This document shows, in pieces, positions 16,801 through 29,576 of a stretch of 64,000 bases of DNA (within the stretch, counting starts at the first letter, position 1; each line of letters starts with the position of its first letter). The notes beneath the pieces are model-generated. The model had not been told where the DNA came from. It saw nothing but the letters and a program-made list of their open reading frames with translations, and did not search any database. The position numbers were made by a program, and so were the translations under genes. Source of the DNA: Chrysomallon squamiferum (taxonomy: Eukaryota > Animalia > Mollusca); NCBI GenBank assembly GCA_012295275.1, contig CM022671.1:21142001-21206000 (forward strand), given 5' to 3'.

Positions 16801-19800
16801 TGATGGTGGAACTGTGTCTCTGACATCAACATGTCTGCTGAAAATTATGATAAATGATCTGAATGACAACAAACCAGTCTTCACTCCAGTCAGTTTCACT
16901 GTTTCAGTTCTAGAGAGCTCTGCTGTTGGAACATCAGTAACCAAAGTTATGGCTGTTGATGCTGATTCTGCTGCTAATGGTAACAACATCATTGTCTACA
17001 CTCTGACTGACACCTACTTTCAGGTGAATTCTGCTAGTGGACAAGTTGATGTTAAAGCTGCTCTGGACAGAGAAAATATTGCAAGGTAAGTAGTCTTGGA
17101 GAACATTAATGGTCTAAAACCAGAGACTGTCATTATTAAGTAATTCATTTGTACTTAAACAAATGTTTTATGGTTTGTTCTTTTTTGGTTCTAAATATTT
17201 TTATTAATCAATAGTATTTATTTATTTTAAGACCACATATAAAAAAAACTAAATTTCACTAGATAAAGAAATTTTAAAACTGTCAATGAAATTTATGCAG
17301 TAAGTCTACTGAAACTAAATAAAACTGAATGTTCTATTATTAAGAATTATATGTTTTCAGTTTCAGGAAAAGGATGGCAGAGATTCTTTTTAATAATTAA
17401 TTTAAAATGTATTTGCTGATATTCAAATGAGAGCACTAATATAAAAGTTATTGTTTCAGTCATTCTTTGACAATACAAGCTGCTGATCAAGGTGCCACAG
17501 CTCTAACTGGAACATCACAGATCACAGTGACAGTTCTTGATGTCAATGATAATGATCCTGTTATTCAAGGCACATACACAAAGACAGTATCTGAAAGCAC
17601 AGCAACAGGGACTATAGTGTTCACAATCTCTGCTACAGATGCTGATGATGGAATCAATGGGCAGCTGACATTTAGTATTACTTCTGGAAATACTGGTAAT
17701 GACTTCCGAATTGAGCCTCAGTCTGGGATAATTGATATTGTCAACATGCTGGACAGAGAGAGAACAGCATCCTACACTCTGCAGATAACAGTCACAGACA
17801 ATGGTGCAACACCTAGATCTGTTGTTACCAATGCTGTTGTTACAGTAGATGATGTTAATGACAATGATCCAGTGTTTGGTTCTGCAGCATATAGTTTCAC
17901 TGTTGCTGAGAATGCTGCAGTGTCAACATCTGTTGGTACAGTGGTAGCTACTGATGCAGATGCTGGTGTTAATGGTGCACTGGTATATCAGCTGGTGATT
18001 TTCTGGGTGGGAGATTCTACTCATTTTACAATTGACAGTGCATCTGGGGAGATCAAAACAGCCAGCGCTCTTGACAGAGAAACTAGAGATACTTATATAG
18101 TCTGGTGTCGTGTTAAAGATGGTGGTTCACCTTATCGCACAGCCAATGTAAACATCACCATCACAGTCACAGACATCAATGACCACCAACCTGTGTTTAA
18201 CCCAGTTGCATATACCACATCAGTGACTGAAAATTCAGCTGTGGGTACAAGCATTACCACCCTCACAGTAAGTGATTTAGACACCGGACCAAATGGAGCT
18301 ATAACTTTAACAATAGACACTTCAACAGCTGAGGGTGCTCGGGCTAGCCAGTTCCTCTCCATTGACTCCGCAAATGGAAAACTTTCTGTTCTTGCTAACA
18401 TTGACAGAGAAACTGATCAACAGTTTCAGTTCATTGTCAAGGCTGTTGATGGTGGAACACCATCGTTTACTGCCACAGCAACATGCACTGTGACAGTTGT
18501 GGATGAAAATGACAATGAGCCACTGCATACGAAGCTGTTCTACAATGCAGAAATTGCTTACACTGGATCATGTAGCAATGTCATCACCACACTGGAAGCA
18601 ACTGATGCTGACTCTGGGGTTAATGGACAAATCTCCTACTTCCTTGTACAGAGCAACTATGATTATTTGTTTGCTGTGGATGGCACAACAGGTAACCCTC
18701 AGTCCATTTTATCTAACTGTAGTTGTAGATTAGTAGTTTTAGAGTGATAACCTGATGTGTGGTGGACCTTAGGATCAATCTTCTTCAGTAAAACTAATTG
18801 AGCTATTTCCCACTCCATCCTATAACTAGTGGCATTTGTTTCTGATTGTTACAGGTGTCATGCTGTATAATATCATACACATTTCATAACTAATAACCAC
18901 TGATAGCAACTTCTGTTGTAGTATCATTAACAAAATAATCAGTCAGTGAAATAAATGCTGTATAATATTCAAAATATTTTATTTATGATTTTTCAAAATA
19001 CACTCTTAGTTATTTAGTAAATGTTCTAATATATAAAATGTTATAAATTATTTAAACTTAGTTTTATGTATCTTAATTTTTTCACTTTATCATTATTAGT
19101 AGTATTATTAGTAATATTATTATTAATTTTATAATGATGATGATGATTAATTTATTTATTTATTTATTTATTTATCATGCTTTTTCCTTTTATATTTTAC
19201 AGAAATCATTGAAAAAAAACATTTATTTATTTTGTTCATGTATTTATTCACACTAATATTTTACATACATCCACAGGTGTTGTAACCTTGCAATCAACTG
19301 CTACAGTTAACTACAAATACCTCATAGAGGCTGGTGTCAGAGACAACGGCAATCCAGTGAAAACATCGTCTACATTTGCCACTGTGAGAATCGATACCTT
19401 TGACCCCAACACTGTGGTAACACTGTTCAGACTGACAATAAGCAAAGCAGATTTTGAAGTTAAAAAGGACGAGTTCTTGGCCAACCTGAATGCTGTCATA
19501 CAAGGTTCATATTCCACAGCCACTGTGAAGATATGGTGTGTACAGGAGAGAGAGGGAACAGCAACTACGCCAACAGCAAGACGTCGTCTTCTGGCTACAC
19601 AGTTAGTATATATTACTCTGTCTATATGCAAAATTTAAAAAACCTTTTCTTTTTTTGTGAATAATTATGAATAATGAATTGTTTTGAATATTCATAAATA
19701 CTGTTGATCTGTTATGTGTAAATATTTCTAATGTGATGGAATACTGGTGTTGTATTATGTGTGACAATGTTGTAGATCAGAACTTGAATAAAATATGCTG

Positions 19801-21782
19801 TACATTCATTCCTTCTCTCTTTGGGCTAATTCCCATTCCAACCAGAGCCCAATAACTGATTTTTTTCAAGCTCCATAATATATGCTTTCCAGTCAACGAG
19901 AAGATGAGTTTGTAGACACAGTCCCTTACTCCTAATCCATAAGAGTATTCTTACAATGGCTGCAGCTGTCTGGATTTTTGTTTGTTTTGAGTGGTTTTTC
20001 ATATTTTCACCATACAAAACGTATATGATTTCTAATAATTAATAATAAAAAATGAGATAATATTCATTTTATTTAACTTTGTTTTAGGCCAGTTGATGTT
20101 CTGGTGTATGCTGTTGGAAACAATGTCACTGATGCTCAGTCAAATTCTGGAGAAGGAAAAACTTTCCTGACCTCAGATTCTATTCTGGCCCTGACTACAT
20201 CAGATACCAATGGAAGTCCATCATCAGCAATATCAGGTAAATATCTGAATATTGAGAGTCAACCTGCTTTTAACTAGAAACTTGAAATATTACTGTATTA
20301 ACATTTTATTTCTTTTAGTATTAATTTTTTTATATAGAGGAGATTGATAATAAAATAGTACAAATTAATACTGAAAGAGTATTAATTTTAAATTTGTTGT
20401 CTAGTTACACTGGATCTATTCTGTACTTAGTTTTCTTTTCCTATTCCATTTTCTGATTGGCTAATGTGTCCTGAGCTCTGATTGGATATATGTGGACCAT
20501 TTTCATTGGTTTTTGGTCAGACTGCATGCATCAGTTAACTGTTGTTGTCTTTACCAGGATCAACATTTGATTATTATGGAATAGAGTCAGTGTCACCATA
20601 TTACCAGGAAACAACACCCTGGATACAGACAGCAGCTGGCATAGCCATCACCACCACAGCCTGTGTTCTCACTGCAGTTCTTATTGGTGTTTTCATTTAT
20701 GTGATTGTCAGAATCTGTAGAAAGAGGCACAAAAGGTATTTCAGTTAAAACACAAATATACACATACACACACATATATACAAGAACACATATATACATA
20801 CTCAAGTACCTACGCATATATGCAAAGATACAAGTACACAGACATTCACAACACACCCACAGACATATACGCATACATAGATACAAGCACACACCCATAT
20901 TATTACATTTATATAATTAATCAGTGAGGACCATTTTGAAATAATAAAACAGTTACAATATTATAATGATTTATAAACAAATTTATTTCAAGAAAGCTTT
21001 TTATAATTTTTAGTTTTTTGGTTTTAACTGCTTCTTGATATATGTCATAGTGTGAAACAGTTAAATTTATCAAGAGTTTCTTTTTTAAGGAATTGTTTTG
21101 GGAGTTTTTTGTTAATTTTTCTCTACTGTTTTATTTTGTTTTATAGGCCTATTACTCCAGTGAAACCAAGGGAGATAAAACCAGAAAACAATAAAGCAAG
21201 ACTTATGACTCACAAATGTTTGTATATTTTACTGAATACTGTTACCTAGCTGAATGTATTTTTTTTTTAAATTATTATCCTCTGATTATATACAGAATAC
21301 AAAATAAAAATTTTTAATCTTGAATCTGAAGGAGGTGGGCACACAAATTACCTATATTTTAGATATGTTAAATTCTGGTGCATGACAAAAAATAAAAGTT
21401 ATAATCCCAAAGCCTGAAATCTTCAAAAGCCAGTATCCTGAAACAGCAAAAGTCTCAAAGCTTGAATTTATAATCAGAGGATTAGAGTTGTAATGAAAGT
21501 TGGATTCAAAATAGACTAATTTTAGGATCTGGCTTTTCAGAATGTTCACTTTCAGAAATATGATCTTTAGGCTTTCAACATTCAGCATTATAATCCATGG
21601 CATTTAAACATTCAGGATTACAGTATATGACATTTCAATAATCAGCATTGTGGTGTGTGGTACTTCAGTGTTCAGGATTATAACTCTAATCTGTCAAGCT
21701 AGTTTGGTTATTGTTATTATATATTATTTAAATACTGTTGATTTACTATGCTGAATGTATACTGATTCAGATGACCTTATAG

Positions 21783-21855
<73 letters not shown>

Positions 21856-23250
21856 CAACAACAACAATAAATATGTTATATATTGACAGCTATTTTACCA
21901 GATTTGGACCAAGACCCCAAAAAGCATCCTCTCCCAGCTGTAGTTGCTCTTCCATTGCCAGCCAAGGTACACTAAGTGAATTCATTTTTAACTTCTTTTC
22001 CTTTTCTTTTAAAAAACTGATATTATTTATTTACCTACTTACTTTTTTTTATTATTATTCGTTATAAAATTAAGCTCATTCATTTTATTTATTGTATGTA
22101 AAAATAAATCATTCTTTATCTTAACATTTTTTATTTCTTTATAGAATAAATTGAATTTATCTACAATTTTTCTTATTTTTTTGAAATGTATGTTTGTTTG
22201 TGTTGAATATTATTTCACCAATCTTTCATAAATTATTGAAACATTCAGCTTCTTTAGAAACATCATAATATAATATCAGTACACTAACAGTAACCAGTCA
22301 TTAATGTGTACAAAAATGGCTGATCTTGAAGGTAAGCAATTCTATCAGCAGTTTCCAGTCTACTGTGATAGACACAAAACAATTATATACAACATCATGA
22401 GGTTGTTAAACAAAATAAATTTGTTTTGCCCTTTTCTTTTTATAATAACAGCAAAATAATTCAACCCAGTTTTGGGGACCTCCTGACAAACCTGTTCCCA
22501 CAGCAAATCAAGATTTCCCCACTCCAGACAGCAATCCCAGGACACCTAGGTCTATTATTATTCAACCAAGGGAGTTTGAAGGAAAAGCTGTTGATCCATG
22601 TATGTTAATCTTTTTTTGCATCTATCATGGTTATCTAATAAATCAAATAATCCTAAGGAAAATGGCTACTTACTGAAATTAATTAATCTTGTTTTTGTAC
22701 TTTTTAAAATGGACAAATCACAGTGATATTAATATAATTTGTAACATAACTAAGAAGAACCTTTTCCTTTTGATTAGTTGCTTCTTCAAAAAAGGATTTA
22801 TTTTCTTAAAAGTAACTGAAAGAGTTTGATTATGCATTTGAACGTACACTGTATTTTGTAAACTCATAGAAACCTCAAAATTAGAACATATAATTTAACA
22901 TTATAGATCTCTTTATAAGAAATAAATCTTATTAATGTGATCTAAAACACTAATCAAATTTGATATGTCATTAAGAAAATCAAAGAAACCAAAAAAAAAA
23001 TAAACTTAATTCGTTGAAAATATAGTTCAGTCTTTGACTATTTATTATTAAATATCTCACATATTTCCAACATTTTGATATGGTTTTCTATAACATGAAT
23101 GTTCTTTTAAGAATTTTTGAAAGAATATCGTTTTTGTTTTGTTTTGTAGTAACAAACAAAATTTACAGATACAACACCAAAACCAATGAGAGAGAATGGA
23201 TCACAACTCCAGAAGGAAAAGCTATCAAGGGTTTTGATGTTAATGTGTGA
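1..23250 (+). CDS. Giant cadherin-repeat type I membrane protein (protocadherin Fat4/CDH23-like ectodomain, CDHR3-like tail); 5' end lies upstream of window
   Basis: Hand-spliced GT-AG exons with compatible phases: 1-146, 525-760, 1288-1462, 2084-2637, 3143-3239, 3812-4059, 4362-4485, 4972-5221 (contains 1-nt frameshift), 5773-5918, 6469-6565, 6757-6885, 7438-8190, 8887-9202, 10018-10136, 10907-12067, 12390-13280, 13928-14050, 14463-17085, 17460-18691, 19277-19601, 20088-20236, 20558-20735 (TM: IAITTTACVLTAVLIGVFIYVIV-RICRKRHK), 21147-21217, 21890-21966, 22452-22599, 23150-23250 (TGA). Repeated cadherin Ca-binding motifs (PE, LDRE/LDYE, AxDxG, DxNDNxP, AxDxD). About 3490 aa lie within the window. 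Confidence 0.93.
774..870 (+). repeat. (CTA/CTG)n compound trinucleotide microsatellite
   Basis: Direct reading. Similar tracts occur at 3450-3650, 6020-6260, 21785-21870, 23727-23815 and 32727-32920. Confidence 0.9.
7010..7420 (+). repeat. Intronic degenerate minisatellite (about 50-60 bp unit)
   Basis: Recurrent aatcttgatt..gttactttaaaatttaaattaaatatgtctgtattta. Confidence 0.75.
8263..8328 (+). repeat. (CT)n microsatellite
   Basis: Direct reading of the sequence. Confidence 0.95.
8628..8880 (+). repeat. (ATTT)n microsatellite running up to a splice acceptor
   Basis: Direct reading; ends at the acacag acceptor (8886). Confidence 0.95.
18750..18830 (+). mobile_element. Possible degenerate tRNA-derived SINE fragment
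   Basis: gatgtgtggtggaccttaggatcaatc...attgagctatttcccactcca resembles a B-box-like head plus the body of gastropod SINEs as I recall them; heavily diverged. Confidence 0.25.
21395..21690. mobile_element. Degenerate MITE-like element with inverted arms and about 31-bp subrepeats
   Basis: aaaagccagtatcctgaaa is inverted relative to ttttaggatctggctttt, and gttataatcc is inverted relative to ggattataac; there are tandem ttcaacattcaggatta subunits. Confidence 0.45.
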
Positions 23251-23349
23251 AAAGTTTTACATTATTTAATCTTTACTCAGAGAACATTTCTTCATTTTCA
23301 AAAGACAGTGTGTTTATTTCTAACTTTAGCATCTATGTTTTTGTTCTCA

Positions 23350-23665
23350 TTTATTAGATGTTTTTATTTTATTGTGATAGGATCTTGGATTTGTTTTTCA
23401 AATCATATTATTTTTAAGATTCATTTATTCTTTATGAAGATTGAAGATTTTGTTTTGTTTAACTTTGTTTCAATGTGTTGTTTATTTATCTGATTTGTTT
23501 GTTTGTTGTTAGATGTTTTTATTTAATTATGATCTGTTTTTATTTTATTCGATTTGTTTAGCAAATCATATTATTTATTATCGCCAGTTCATTTAAGATT
23601 CTTTACATTTGAAGATTGAAGATTTTATTTTGTTAACTTTATTTCAATGTGTTGTTTATTTACTT
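23350..23665 (+). repeat. Degenerate tandem duplication (about 160 bp) in the cadherin 3' UTR
   Basis: ttagatgtttttattt...aaatcatatta...tgaagattgaagatttt...tttcaatgtgttgtttattta appears twice. Confidence 0.7.
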
Positions 23666-23726
23666 GTTTCTTTGTATGTTGTTTACATATCTATTTATTT
23701 GATTTCATATTTATGTCTTTTATTTC

Positions 23727-23797
<71 letters not shown>

Positions 23798-26343
23798 AAT
23801 AATAATAATAATAATTTAATTTTAATTTTAATAATAACAATGAAGAAGAAGAAGAGATTTTAAGAAATTTGCTCTTATAATTCTTAAAATTTTTATAATT
23901 AATATTTATATAGTTGTAATTCAGATCAGAGACATAGAAATGATTTTAATTTATTAAAACGATAGCAAAATCTGCTTGATTTTCCTAGCTTTACATCCAT
24001 CACATTTTATTTTTCATTTCTGCCTTACTTGTAAAAACATTTTCTAATATAAATGTGCTATCTTACTGATAACTTTGTAAATTCACTGAATTTTTCAGAT
24101 TTAAACATTCTACCATATTCAGTTAAAAGAGAATCTCAGGTATTTTAACATTTATTTTGTCTAACTGTTCAAATTATAACTATCTTGTCATATTCTCCCC
24201 AAGAGATCATTTTTAATATGTATTTGAAAAACTGCAAAAATATTTTGTTGAAGAAAAGTAACATGATCTCTTAAATTTTAATTTGGAAATATTTAAGTAT
24301 TTTGTATTTCTGATAATTTCTACAGTTTCAGTGTTTTGTTGTAGACAATCATATAGTTAAAGATAATCAATGTATCTATGTTTTGTGTTGCTTTAAGTTT
24401 TGCTGTGTTGTCTACTTTTAATATTTATTCATTATAAATATCTTAAAGGTGCCAAATTTTGTTTATTTTTCTGTGTTTATTTCTTCAGAGGAAGAATACA
24501 ACAAACAGTTTCCTGTTTTTCTTTTCTTTTGTAAAATATTTTATTTTTTATACATTTTTTGGAAATGGTTTAGTTTTGAAATTCTTTTATGCTTTTGATA
24601 GTTTTAAATAATTTTATATCAGTGACATACATTAATCTATGAATAACTTTTTTTTTTAAATTAATTATTTTATAAAATTACAATATTTTAATAAATAGTT
24701 TACTTAATTATTCAACAATGATAATTTGTTTCACAAAAACACTGAAATCAAACTTTCCTTTCCTTTAAAATCATTTTGTTTTATATACAAGCCTTATAAA
24801 AATTATACATTTCCCGTTTAACGAATACCCGGTATTTGTCTTGTATTTTAGTGTAGTTTTATAGTTGTTGTTTTTTTGTTGGCCCTGTTTGTTCAGCACA
24901 ATTTATTTATTTTGTACATTCTCCATTTTTATATTTGTTAATTAAAACTGTTGAGAATAAATTATATTTTCTAATTTTCCAAAAACTTTTCTGTGTTGTA
25001 TATGAAACATGTTTCTCTTTATTATCTTTTTTTTATTTTTAGGGAGGGATTTATTATTTGTATCTGTTTGAGTTTTTAAGTTTTTATTTATTGAACAAGA
25101 AAATCATGAATGAAATGATATAAATATTACAAAAAAAAACAAAAAAAAAAACAAAACATGAAACCTAAAATGGCTAAATGTTTATATCATTCTCTTCTTG
25201 CAGTTCTAACAATCTTTAGTCACTCAACAAACTGTCCATGAATATTTCACCCACATTTTCCCTTCTGAAACACAAAACATACACTTTATAGCCACTCCTT
25301 GTTCATACCTGTATCAGATTCAGTAATATTTATTTTTTATCAAACGAAGAATGTGTTTACTTGTATATCAAACAGACAAGTCTTCCAGTGCTAAAGCTAT
25401 CCCTTACCATCTTGACATTTTAAATGATACATGGCTGAAGTTATTAAAGAGAAGATAAAGACAGAAAAACACAAATCTCTTTTATTGATTTTCTGAAAAG
25501 ATAAATACATAATAAAATGTATTCAGTTGTATTTGCAACTTTTTTTTGTCAAGATAAATCAGCAGGTCGACCAGAATTTAAAGTATTGTATATAGTTCAT
25601 AATTTATACATGTATTATGCACTTACAAATTTATGTCTGTATTTATCATTGTATTTGCCTTAAATGCTCCTGCAAGCAAGTCAATCCAAAACGAGGGTTA
25701 CTAAAGAATCAACCAGCAGAAAAATAATGTCAAAATCTTAATTTAATATTCAATGTCCTGACAATACAAATATTCATATAAACCAACCAGTATTCATTTT
25801 CACCATAAGGATGTTCTGACATACAGAATAGTTCACTGTCAAACAAATGAAGATAGTTTCTGGCAGCCAATAAATGGTCTAAAAGTAAGAATGTATCTAT
25901 ATGCAGAATTGTATTTTCTCAAACAAATCAATTTTCTTTTCATTAATTTCAGATGAGGGATGATAATACAAATGTTTTCAAGGAGTTTTAAATATATCAA
26001 CATTCATATGTGTGTGTGTGTTTGTAGGTGGTTGGGTGTGCATAGATATCAAGCTATTACAACTTGAACCTATTAAGCTGGTTAGAATTTTGAAAACATG
26101 TTTTTTAATTTTCTGTGCTGAAATTGAACTGATTGAGATGATTATACATACATATGTGGACAATACTTCATTGTTAAACAGCTGATTGTTGCTTTTATTA
26201 ATTCCGTAACTTCACAACAAACTGTTTATTCTTGAAATATTGAAAATGTACACAGCAGGCAAACTGAAAAATGTTCTTCAACATCACAATCTGGGTTATT
26301 TATTATACATGGTTGCTCTGTTTTAATGATTTTGCTGATTCAG

Positions 26344-29300
26344 TCAAGACAGAAGGTATTTCTTAGCAAGAGTGTCCAGTTCATTATCACAGATTTTTGG
26401 ATTTTTCCTGAGATGGTCAAAAACTTCACGAAAAACTGTAGAGATGAGAAAAAGGTGTTGATTCAAAATATTAATAAGTTATGACATAAGACCATTAACT
26501 ATATTAACTTAAAATTATTAGTTATTTTTTTAAATAACAACAACAATACCAAGCCATGCCAATGTTTATCATTCATAGATAATCACTTATATTATTATTA
26601 ATAAAGTATTAGTGCAAGTGATTTCTAAATAAAATAATAAAGATTTCTTTTTATAAACATTTTATATTTAAATAAATATCATATTAATTTCAAACCTATT
26701 TAGGAAACAAATTTTTTTATAATTAAAACCGCAACAACAAACCTATATTACCTCTAACAATAACAATAATAACAATATTTTAAAAATAAACAAAATATAA
26801 ATTCTTGAATAAATGCCTAGGGTATTAAGTTAATGTGCTATGAAGTAGGTTCATTTTGTGAATTGTAATTTATTTTTTAATTAATGATACAATAACAAAA
26901 TAATAATGATAATTATAAAAATATTATACATAACAATAATAATAAAATAATAAAATAATAACCTTGTTTTTCTTTTGCTGACAGAAACATGACAGCCACA
27001 TCAAACCTGGGAACTTCAGAGATGTGTTTTACATATGGAAGAATATCAAGTCCATTTCTGAAAATAAGATACTAGCAAAGATAAAACTTTATCTACACTT
27101 TATCTGAAATATATTCTCTAAACAAAACTACTGTTTAGTAATTTATTTAATGATCAGAGTTTCAGTGAATTTGCATACAAGAAAAATTACAATCAAGTGC
27201 CAAATATAAATTTAAAAAGGTCATAAATTCTAATTGGAACTGCATATAAAAACTTACGGAATGAAGAAATCGTTGAACAGCATGAATATTTTCACAATAA
27301 TGTCAGCATCTATAGCTTGACCAAACAACTTTGAAAGACTGGAAGGTTCAATATTCTGAAAATTAAAACAAATAGCAGATGACATTTAAATAGCATTTTC
27401 TATGTTAATGATAAATTTTATGAAAATATTTCACAATAAAGAAACCATTAAATGATTAATTTTAAAAATATATGTTAGTAGTTTAAAAATTATACTCCTG
27501 AACCTATAATTCTTTTTTTAAAAATGTGTTTTAAATTAACTTAAAAGTCAAGTACATCTAGTTAAAGTAATAATTACACTTAAACAGCTATATCTATCTT
27601 AGAAAATGTGTATCTGTAAAATTACATACACTGAACTAAACATTTGTTGTCCAGTGATTCCTGAAACTGAATGAAATTTTGATAAATGAAAATTATGTTA
27701 AAAATTGAACAAACAATATACAAAACCTTACAAAAAAATGGTCTTACCTAAATGTTAAACACACACACACACATACACAAACAACACTGTAAATAAATAA
27801 ACCACAAAGTGACAAACAAAATCACATTACCTTGAAATAGTTATACAAAGCTTCAGGATTGTTTTTGACAATTTTATACGTGGTTTGAAACTGAAACGAT
27901 GTCTGTGGAACATCTTTTATCACAGAGGAATAATCCTGAACCAATGCTTTTTGACTGTTTGAATCTTTGTTTACACTGCCACGATTCTCTGACTTCAACC
28001 TTTCTCCTTTCACTGGTTGCTTCTGGCTGTCATTTTTATTTTCAGAAGCATTCTGAATTCCATCCTTGGTCATTCCACTGTCACAAACCTCCATCTTCAA
28101 CTGCTCTGTGTGTGTTGGCTGTTTCTGCTTACTCTCTGGAGTTGCTGATAATCCATTCTGCTGAGAAATCACTGTTTTATTATTAGCTGAATCATCAACT
28201 TTTCTTGTGCTGTTGTCTTTAACACAAACTGGTTGATTCTCTGTTGCTGACTTTTCATTAAGGAATGTATTTTTTTCATTTTCTTTTCCATGTTTTGTTG
28301 ACGCTGAATCACCAGAATCTTTAACATGAGGTGAGATTTTCTTCACATCTTTTCCACGTCCTATTTCCTCAATGATTAATCTTCGTAAAGGTTTCTGAAA
28401 AACAACAGAATATCTGATTCCATTACTTAAGTAATTAAATCAAACTGGCATCAGTTCAATTTAACTGAACAAGCTATGTTTTATAGCTTTTGACTGCCTT
28501 CTTGACTAGTGTGTTTTACTATTTAACAGTGTAGAGCACCAAGATTTATATTTATAAATCAAGATACATGTTGTTTTTTTTAACTCTAACCATTTCAAAA
28601 TTAAAACACCTCACCTTGGATCGCTGTTCAGGAGGTTTATACACTGGCCTCACAACACCTTTTTCTGATGATACAAATGATGAAATATCATGCTTCCTCT
28701 CTTTACTGTTACTCAACTCCTGAAAAAAAAAATATAATCAACTACAACATCATTTTACAATTTGAAATTTTTTAGTTGATAACTCAAAAGTATAAAAAAA
28801 AAAATAATTTTACATTTGGTACTCCTGTCACATCATTTGTCATGCTAACTCAAAATCAAAAGCTTTCTATAAGAGAATCATAAACATATATTGCAATTCT
28901 TTTTAGCCATTTGTTCCTTCATGTTCTGGATTGTAAGAAAATCATGAAATTTCAAAGAATATTTTGAATTATAAAAATATTATGAACATTCAAAGTATAT
29001 TCTGTATTATAAAAATATAATGAAAATTCTGTGTACATTCAATTCTGGGTTATAATAATATAATGAACATTCAATGTACATTTAGGATTATAAAAACATA
29101 ATTAAAATTTAGCGTATGTTTTGCATTATAACAGTTACAATGAACATTCAAAGTACATTTTAGATTACAAAACATAATGAACATTGGAATACATTTTGGA
29201 TTATAACATTAACAATATAATGAACGTTCAGTGTACATTTTAGATTACAGAAATATAATGAACATATAAAAACTGGTATGCCAGAAAAATGTAACGGTTT

Positions 29301-29537
29301 GACTGTTCAGCTGGATCATTTTGTGTACTTTGTGATTACATTCTGTGTTAATTTCAACTAGATATTTTCAAGAAAGTTATTTTAGATAAGAAAGAAACTT
29401 TTCTTCATTTTTTTTGGGGGGGTTCCATTGTTCCAAACTACATTACCTGGCATTTTTAATTTTTGAGTCTGTTATAAAATGTATTTTATATTTTTATAGT
29501 TTTAGCATATTTATTTAGCCAAAATAAAAAAAAAAAA

Positions 29538-29576
<39 letters not shown>

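Noticed and set aside
7448-19631. Many minus-strand and off-frame ORFs over the cadherin exons
   Set aside because: They are antisense or shifted shadows of Thr/Val/Ser-rich coding sequence with no independent motifs.
1-23250. Calling the cadherin FAT4 or DCHS
   Set aside because: There are no EGF/LamG domains before the TM and the tail lacks Fat/Dachsous motifs, so no gene symbol was given.
28960-29270. Regularly spaced repeats as a possible CRISPR array (also 7010-7420)
   Set aside because: Units are degenerate and contiguous with no unique spacers and no cas genes; the context is a eukaryotic intron.
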